In this document: positions 1-4,807 of the stretch, one piece after another
Position numbering within the stretch: the first letter of the stretch is position 1
Layout: each line of letters begins with the position of its first letter
From: Lysobacterales bacterium
GTDB taxonomy: Bacteria > Pseudomonadota > Gammaproteobacteria > Xanthomonadales > S139-57
Direction: 5' to 3'
Assembly: GCA_026993285.1 (NCBI GenBank)
Contig: JALWTZ010000424.1
Span: forward strand, 1 to 36,019
DNA length: 36,019 bases
Translations under genes and position numbers: made by a program
Notes under the pieces: model-generated
What the model saw: only the letters and a program-made list of their open reading frames with translations
Databases searched by the model: none
Told to the model about the DNA's origin: nothing

Positions 1-32
1 AGGAAAGCGAAAGCAGGGAGGCCGCCCAATGA
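1..32 (+). CDS. 3' end (partial) of a further fiber-like paralog entering from the left edge
   Basis: Frame 3 reads ...ESESREAAQ then TGA at 30-32. It has the same EAAQ-stop ending as the 586..2340 paralog. It has the same ATGA stop/start overlap with the downstream small gene as at 4247, 6991 and 13238. Only 10 codons are visible. Confidence 0.35.
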   Translation, partial: ESESREAAQ

Positions 33-289
33 AAATGCTTTTGATGCTTTGGATACTGGCCAGCACTTCGGTGCTGGCCCAGTCCTCCGGCGGCAGCTAC
101 ACGTTGGAGAAACACACCATTGACGGCGGTGGCGGCACCGCCACCGGCGGCAACTACAGCCTGCAAGGCACCATCGGCCAGCCCGACGCAGGCCGGCTGG
201 AAGGCGGTAGCTATGTCATCGAGGGTGGTTTCTGGGCCAGTACCAGCGGCCAGACGGCAGATCTGGTCTTTGCTGACAGCTTTGAATAG
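29..289 (+). CDS. small secreted Gly-rich fiber-partner protein, copy 1 (86 aa)
   Basis: ATG 29 overlaps the upstream TGA (ATGA). Signal peptide is MKMLLMLWILASTSVLA/QS. There are three GGxYx[LI] units (GGSYTLEKH, GGNYSLQGT, GGSYVIEGG), the motif IGQPDAGRLEGG, and a C-terminal FADSFE. It is very similar to 6991..7257 and 13238..13498. Confidence 0.85.
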   Translation: MKMLLMLWILASTSVLAQSSGGSYTLEKHTIDGGGGTATGGNYSLQGTIGQPDAGRLEGGSYVIEGGFWASTSGQTADLVFADSFE

Positions 290-295
290 CGCCTT

Positions 296-375
296 GTCGG
301 GTTACAAGGAAGCTAACCCGACCTACAACGGGCTTCCGAGGCTTCGTAGGGTGCAATAGCGCAGCGTATTGCACC
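296..375 (+). terminator. two stem-loops downstream of small-gene copy 1 (possible terminator or REP-like element)
   Basis: GTCGGGTTA (296-304) pairs with TAACCCGAC (314-322), a 9-bp stem. GGTGCAATA (350-358) pairs with TATTGCACC (367-375), also a 9-bp stem. There is no U-tract, so function is uncertain. The first hairpin recurs after copy 2 (4517-4542), and a degenerate version of the second lies after copy 3 (about 7322-7350). Confidence 0.3.
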
Positions 376-431
376 AAAACCCCCGGTACATGGCTGGAAT
401 CGGCCTCTTGCAAGTGATTGAAAAACAAGAA

Positions 432-458
432 ATTCATAATCATTCATAAAAATTCACA
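432..458 (+). promoter_or_regulatory. three direct repeats ATTCATA / ATTCATA / ATTCACA at exact 10-bp spacing
   Basis: ATTCA starts at 432, 442 and 452, in an AT-rich stretch about 130-150 nt upstream of ATG 586. The helical phasing suggests a protein-binding site. Confidence 0.3.
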
Positions 459-486
459 TTCTTTTCAAGCTTTTCTGCAGCCATTC

Positions 487-498
487 TGCTGGTATGGT
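487..498 (+). promoter_or_regulatory. conserved 11-mer TGCTGGTATGG, possible extended -10 (TGgTATGGT)
   Basis: The same 11-mer occurs at 4709-4719, exactly 99 nt upstream of the start codon in both cases (586 and 4808). It matches the TGn+TATGGT pattern of extended -10 promoters. No convincing -35 is present. Confidence 0.25.
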
Positions 499-585
499 TC
501 TAGAGTCATGCCGGTTCGATCACCCCTGTGGGCGTGCCATCGACCAGGGTGGCCCGTGAACAGAAGACTATCAGGGGAGAGATCA

Positions 586-2340
586 ATGAAAAGCCTTATT
601 CGTATACTGATTTTGACCATGCTGTCGCTCGTGGGACATGCGCAGGCGACAACGTTCACCTATCAGGGCCAGTTGTCCGAGAATGGTAGCCCGGCCACCA
701 ATACCTACGATTTTCAATTCATACTGTTCGATGCGGCTACCGGTGGTACACAGGTTGGTGTGCCCAACCTTGTGGTGGACTGGCCAGTGACGGATGGTAT
801 CTTCCAGCTATCCCTGGATTTCAATGTTGTCCTTGCTAATGCTGATTATTGGCTGGAAATTGGCGTGCGCCCGGGGAACAGTACGGATGTGTTTACCATC
901 CTCAATCCACGGCAGTATATCAATTATGCACCTAGAGCCACGTACGCATATTATTCCACATCGGCCATCACAGCCACTGTATCGGACACTGCTTATGACG
1001 GGCCATTCTGGTATTTGAACGGCAATATTGGCAGCGGGCATTTTCTCGGCACCACCGACAACAACCCGCTCGAACTGCGGGTGAATAACCAGCGGGTGGG
1101 CGTGATTGTCGATGCTGCGGAACAAACCATCAGCAACTCATTCCACGCACCCAATGTATTGCTGGGCTCTATGGATAATGTGATCACGGCCGCCTATGGT
1201 GCAACCATTGCCGGTGGCGGGGGTGCGGTTACCCCTGATTCCAGTAGCTACCTGATGTTTTGTGGTGATGGTAGCCAGCCTTGTGTCAACACGGTTTCTG
1301 GTGTCTATGGCACGGTTTCCGGAGGCTCTGGCAATTATGCGAGCGGTCCTCGTTCTACTGTAGGCGGCGGGTATCGGAATACAGCCAGTATGTCCTATAC
1401 GACGGTAAGTGGCGGATACAAAAATACCGCCAATGGTTTGAATGCGAGTGTTGGTGGAGGGAAGCAGAATACGGCCAGTAGTTATGCTACTGTGGGAGGT
1501 GGGGAACAGAATATAGCCAGCGGAGGGCATTCCGCCGTACCTGGCGGGTTTTCCAACCTTGCCGGTGGTAGTTTCAGTTTTGCTGGTGGCTACCAGGCCA
1601 TGGTTCGTGATGCGGCCTCTGTGGGAGATGCCGACGGTGATGAAGGCACCTTTGTCTGGGCGGACTACAGTAATGCTACTTTTACTTCCACCGGCCCCAA
1701 CCAGTTTCTTGTGCGGGCTTCCGGTGGCGTGGGGCTGGGCACCAACAACCCCAACGGCCACCAGCTCAATGTGCTGGGTTCTACTTTCCTCAGAAACAGC
1801 ACGGATACCAGCACGGCTGCTGATCTGGTACTGGGTGGCAGCAGTGGCAATGCCTCCGATGACGGTGTATTAACGACGGATTTGAGCATTGCGGGCAGTG
1901 ATCTGATCATCCGCTCCAACGATGCCGTGGTGGTTGTTCTGGATAACGATACAACTTCCGATGGCAGTTTTACCGTGCGTGACGGTTCGGGAACCGACCT
2001 GCTTCTGGTAGCCGGTAACGGCAATGTCACCATTCCCGGCAACCTGACTGTGAGCGGCACCATTACCGGCACCCTGGCCAAAAAAGGCGGTGCATTGCCC
2101 GCCCCGGAGGAACAGCTGACCGCAGACGACCTGTATATCCACCAGATACAGCAACTGCAACAAAAGGTTGCATGGCAGCAACAGGAACTGAATGCACTCA
2201 AAGAAGAGAGAGCGAACCAGGAGCAACAACTGGCACAACTGCAACAGGTATTGCAGGCTGTACAGTCCAATCAGCAGCTATTGCTGAAGCGGTTGCGTGA
2301 AGGGGAAATAATCAACCACAGTCTTGAGGCAGCGCAGTGA
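586..2340 (+). CDS. secreted fiber-like protein, paralog A (short form, 584 aa): N-terminal TFTYQGQL module, YadA-head/tail-fibre-like repeats, Gln-rich coiled-coil tail
   Basis: ORF 418..2340 is trimmed to ATG 586 (AGGGGAGAG 4 nt upstream), where signal peptide MKSLIRILILTMLSLVGHAQA begins. It carries 14-15-aa repeats TVGGGxxNxAS... (about 1200-1610). The neck is GDEGTFVWAD..STGPNQFLVRASGG. The stalk is VGLGTNNPNGHQLNVLG..., and the tail is a Gln-rich heptad region (about 2110-2337). Confidence 0.85.
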   Translation: MKSLIRILILTMLSLVGHAQATTFTYQGQLSENGSPATNTYDFQFILFDAATGGTQVGVPNLVVDWPVTDGIFQLSLDFNVVLANADYWLEIGVRPGNSTDVFTILNPRQYINYAPRATYAYYSTSAITATVSDTAYDGPFWYLNGNIGSGHFLGTTDNNPLELRVNNQRVGVIVDAAEQTISNSFHAPNVLLGSMDNVITAAYGATIAGGGGAVTPDSSSYLMFCGDGSQPCVNTVSGVYGTVSGGSGNYASGPRSTVGGGYRNTASMSYTTVSGGYKNTANGLNASVGGGKQNTASSYATVGGGEQNIASGGHSAVPGGFSNLAGGSFSFAGGYQAMVRDAASVGDADGDEGTFVWADYSNATFTSTGPNQFLVRASGGVGLGTNNPNGHQLNVLGSTFLRNSTDTSTAADLVLGGSSGNASDDGVLTTDLSIAGSDLIIRSNDAVVVVLDNDTTSDGSFTVRDGSGTDLLLVAGNGNVTIPGNLTVSGTITGTLAKKGGALPAPEEQLTADDLYIHQIQQLQQKVAWQQQELNALKEERANQEQQLAQLQQVLQAVQSNQQLLLKRLREGEIINHSLEAAQ

Positions 2341-2417
2341 AGGGTAAATGGACAACACGACAACTGGCCAGCACTTGGGAGTTTGCTGGTGATTGCCATG
2401 CAGCCGGGGAGGTGCCC

Positions 2418-4250
2418 ATGAAAAAAATCATTCATTTTCTGTGTTTGTCCATGCTGTTTTACTCGGGTGGCATGCAGGCTGCACCACCTTCCGACAAGGG
2501 CTTTGATCCGATACCTTTTACCTATCAGGGACAGTTGACGGATAACAACAGCTTGCCCACAAATACCTATGATTTCGAGTTTCTGCTGTTCAATGCGGCG
2601 AGTGCCGGCGTGCAGGTGGGCAGTACGCTCACAAAGCAGGATGTGCCGGTGACTGATGGGATTTTCCAGGTGGAACTGGACTTCAATATTTTCTTCGATG
2701 ATAGTGACTATTGGCTGGAAGTGCATGTACGCCCAGGAAACAGTACGGGCCCCTACACTACATTGAGCCCACGGCAGTCTCTCACCTTTGCACCCAAGGC
2801 CATTTTTGCGATCAATGCCACTGCGGCTGATGTGGCCTTTTCCGCTGATATCGCCTCTGCTGGTCCTTTCTGGTATTTAAATGGAAATACCGGGCCGGGT
2901 AATTTTCTGGGCACCAGAGATACAAATGCTCTGGAGTTTCGTACAAACAACAAGCGGGTGGGGTTGATTTCTGATGCCACTGACAACCAGAGCAACCATT
3001 CACCCAATGTGTTGCTGGGCTCTGAAAACAATATAATAGATCCGGCAGCCCATGGCGCCACCATTAGTGGCGGGGGTGGAGATCCGGGCTCGACTTTCTG
3101 TGGAAATGGTGGAAATCAGCAGTGTGTCAATACGGTATTGGATGACTTTGGCACGGTTTCCGGAGGCTGGGGAAATTACGCAGATCTTTACTCTTTTGTT
3201 GGTGGTGGCCAAGCCAATCTCGCCAGTGGAAATTATGCAACCATTGGTGGAGGACAGGGCAACAAAACCGCTGACCTTTATGCTGCTATAGGCGGTGGTA
3301 TATCCAATTTTGCCAGTTCTTTATATACATCCATAGTTGGTGGATATGCCAATACAGCAAGTGCGGAGTATGCAACCGTTTGTGGCGGGGATATGAATGT
3401 TGCCAGTGGATATATGTCAACAGTTGCTGGCGGTAGCCAAAACCTGGGCAGTGGTGCTGTGTCCACAGTTGCAGGTGGTTACAAGAATCAGGCTGGTGGT
3501 GATTTCAGCCTTGCTGCTGGCCGTCAGGCTCTGGTGCGTGATGCGGCAGCTACAGGGGATGCGGACGGTGATGAAGGTACCTTTGTCTGGGCGGATTCCA
3601 CTCAAGCCGATTTTATTTCCACCGGCCCCAACCAGTTTCTCGTGCGGGCTTCCGGTGGCGTGGGGCTGGGCACCAACAACCCCAACGGCCACCAGCTCAA
3701 TGTGCTGGGTTCTACTTTCCTCAGAAACAGCACGGATACCAGCACGGCTGCTGATCTGGTACTGGGTGGCAGCAGTGGCAATGCCACCGATGACGGCGTG
3801 TTGACGACGGATTTGAGTATTGCGGGCAGCGATCTGATCATCCGCTCCAACGATGCCGTGGTGGTAGTTCTGGATAACGATACAACTTCCGATGGCAGTT
3901 TTACCGTGCGTGACGGCTCGGGAACCGACCTGTTTAAGGTAGCGGGTAACGGCGATGTCACCATTCCCGGCAACCTGACTGTGAACGGCACCATTACCGG
4001 GACTGTGGCCAAAAAAGGCGGTGCATTGCCCGCCCCGGAGGAACAGCCGACCACGGAAAACCTGTCTCATCACCAGATACAGCAACTGCAACAACGGGTA
4101 GCAGTACTGGAAGCGGACAAACAGGCCCAGCAACAGCAACTGATGCAACTGCAACAGGCGCTGCAAGCCTTGCAAGCCAGCCAGCAGCAACTGCTGACTC
4201 GCCTGCGGACAGCAGAAGGTGATGTGCATACACAGAAGCCTGCCCAATGA
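2418..4250 (+). CDS. secreted fiber-like protein, paralog B (short form, 610 aa)
   Basis: ORF 2337..4250 is trimmed to ATG 2418 (GGGGAGG 5 nt upstream), with signal peptide MKKIIHFLCLSMLFYSGGMQA. Architecture matches A. The N-terminal roughly 150 aa are near-identical in DNA to paralog C. The stalk is near-identical in DNA to paralog A. Confidence 0.85.
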   Translation: MKKIIHFLCLSMLFYSGGMQAAPPSDKGFDPIPFTYQGQLTDNNSLPTNTYDFEFLLFNAASAGVQVGSTLTKQDVPVTDGIFQVELDFNIFFDDSDYWLEVHVRPGNSTGPYTTLSPRQSLTFAPKAIFAINATAADVAFSADIASAGPFWYLNGNTGPGNFLGTRDTNALEFRTNNKRVGLISDATDNQSNHSPNVLLGSENNIIDPAAHGATISGGGGDPGSTFCGNGGNQQCVNTVLDDFGTVSGGWGNYADLYSFVGGGQANLASGNYATIGGGQGNKTADLYAAIGGGISNFASSLYTSIVGGYANTASAEYATVCGGDMNVASGYMSTVAGGSQNLGSGAVSTVAGGYKNQAGGDFSLAAGRQALVRDAAATGDADGDEGTFVWADSTQADFISTGPNQFLVRASGGVGLGTNNPNGHQLNVLGSTFLRNSTDTSTAADLVLGGSSGNATDDGVLTTDLSIAGSDLIIRSNDAVVVVLDNDTTSDGSFTVRDGSGTDLFKVAGNGDVTIPGNLTVNGTITGTVAKKGGALPAPEEQPTTENLSHHQIQQLQQRVAVLEADKQAQQQQLMQLQQALQALQASQQQLLTRLRTAEGDVHTQKPAQ

Positions 4251-4506
4251 ACGCCCGCTGGATGGTTTTTGGATGGTATTGGCCAGCACTGCGGTGCTGA
4301 CCCAGTCTTCCGGTAGCAATGATACGCTGAACAAACACGGCAACGACGGCGGTGGGGGCACTTCCACCGGCGACAACTACAGCCTGCAAGGCAGCATCGG
4401 CCAACCCGATGCCGGCTGGCTGGAAGGTGGCAGCTATGTGATCGAAGGTGGTTTCTGGGCCAGTGCCATTTGCAGCCAGCTGATTGGTTCTTGCCATCTG
4501 CATTGA
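4247..4506 (+). pseudogene. frameshifted, diverged copy 2 of the small fiber-partner gene
   Basis: ATG 4247 sits in the conserved ATGA overlap, but the frame stops after 17 codons (TGA 4298-4300). Relative to copy 3 one C is missing near 4268-4272 (tggttttctgg versus tggtttttgg). The homologous sequence continues in another frame (ORF 4219..4506). Conserved positions have changed (YTLEKHxID to DTLNKHGND, GRLEGG to GWLEGG), and the C-terminus is replaced (ICSQLIGSCHLH instead of SGQTADLLFADSFE). An internal ATG at 4273 would leave a signal peptide with no charged n-region. Confidence 0.55.
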
Positions 4507-4516
4507 GCAGATGGGT

Positions 4517-4554
4517 GTCGGGTTAGCGCAAGAGAACCCGACCTGCAGGTTTTT
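4517..4554 (+). terminator. stem-loop plus T-run downstream of small-gene copy 2
   Basis: GTCGGGTT (4517-4524) pairs with AACCCGAC (4535-4542), an 8-bp stem with a 10-nt loop. It is followed by the palindrome ACCTGCAGGT and TTTTT (4550-4554). It is homologous to the hairpin at 296-322. Confidence 0.4.
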
Positions 4555-4708
4555 CACCCCGATGTGTTCCAAATCTGTACTCACGAAGGGTATCCCACCT
4601 AAAAACCAGCGAGTACAGAGCTGCCAATGCGGGAAGGAACACATGGAAACTACGGCAACCATGATCTTTAATTTATAATAAACTTTTCAAAATCTACCGG
4701 GATGCTTA

Positions 4709-4720
4709 TGCTGGTATGGC
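4709..4720 (+). promoter_or_regulatory. second copy of conserved 11-mer TGCTGGTATGG, possible extended -10
   Basis: Identical to 487-497 and at the identical distance (99 nt) from the paralog start codon (ATG 4808). Confidence 0.25.
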
Positions 4721-4807
4721 CTTCATGGCTTGCCAGATCGACAACTTGTGCCCAGGTTTGTCCTGTCCTGGTTGGCCACTGGATCCTTGCAACCGGGAGA
4801 GAGAAAC

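Noticed and set aside
120-443. ORFs 120..359 (+) and 216..443 (-) overlapping small-gene copy 1 and its downstream spacer
   Set aside because: They are alternative-frame or antisense readings of a conserved paralogous gene. Only the 29..289 frame is conserved in all copies.
487-510. Possible sigma54 (-24/-12) promoter at the conserved TGCTGGTATGG motif
   Set aside because: The GG-N10-GC spacing of TGGCAC-N5-TTGC is not met in either copy. At 4713/4718 the nearest GC is at the wrong distance, and the A copy has no TTGC at all.
2337-2417. GTG 2337 as the true start of paralog B (ORF-track coordinates)
   Set aside because: It would place 27 non-signal residues ahead of the signal peptide. ATG 2418 has a strong GGGGAGG RBS and starts MKKIIHF..., like its paralogs. 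The upstream in-frame part is better explained as a relic of a small-partner gene.
4484-4678. 64-aa ORF in the spacer between small-gene copy 2 and paralog C
   Set aside because: It has no RBS, spans the terminator-like hairpin and the nested inverted repeats, and has no counterpart in the homologous A spacer.
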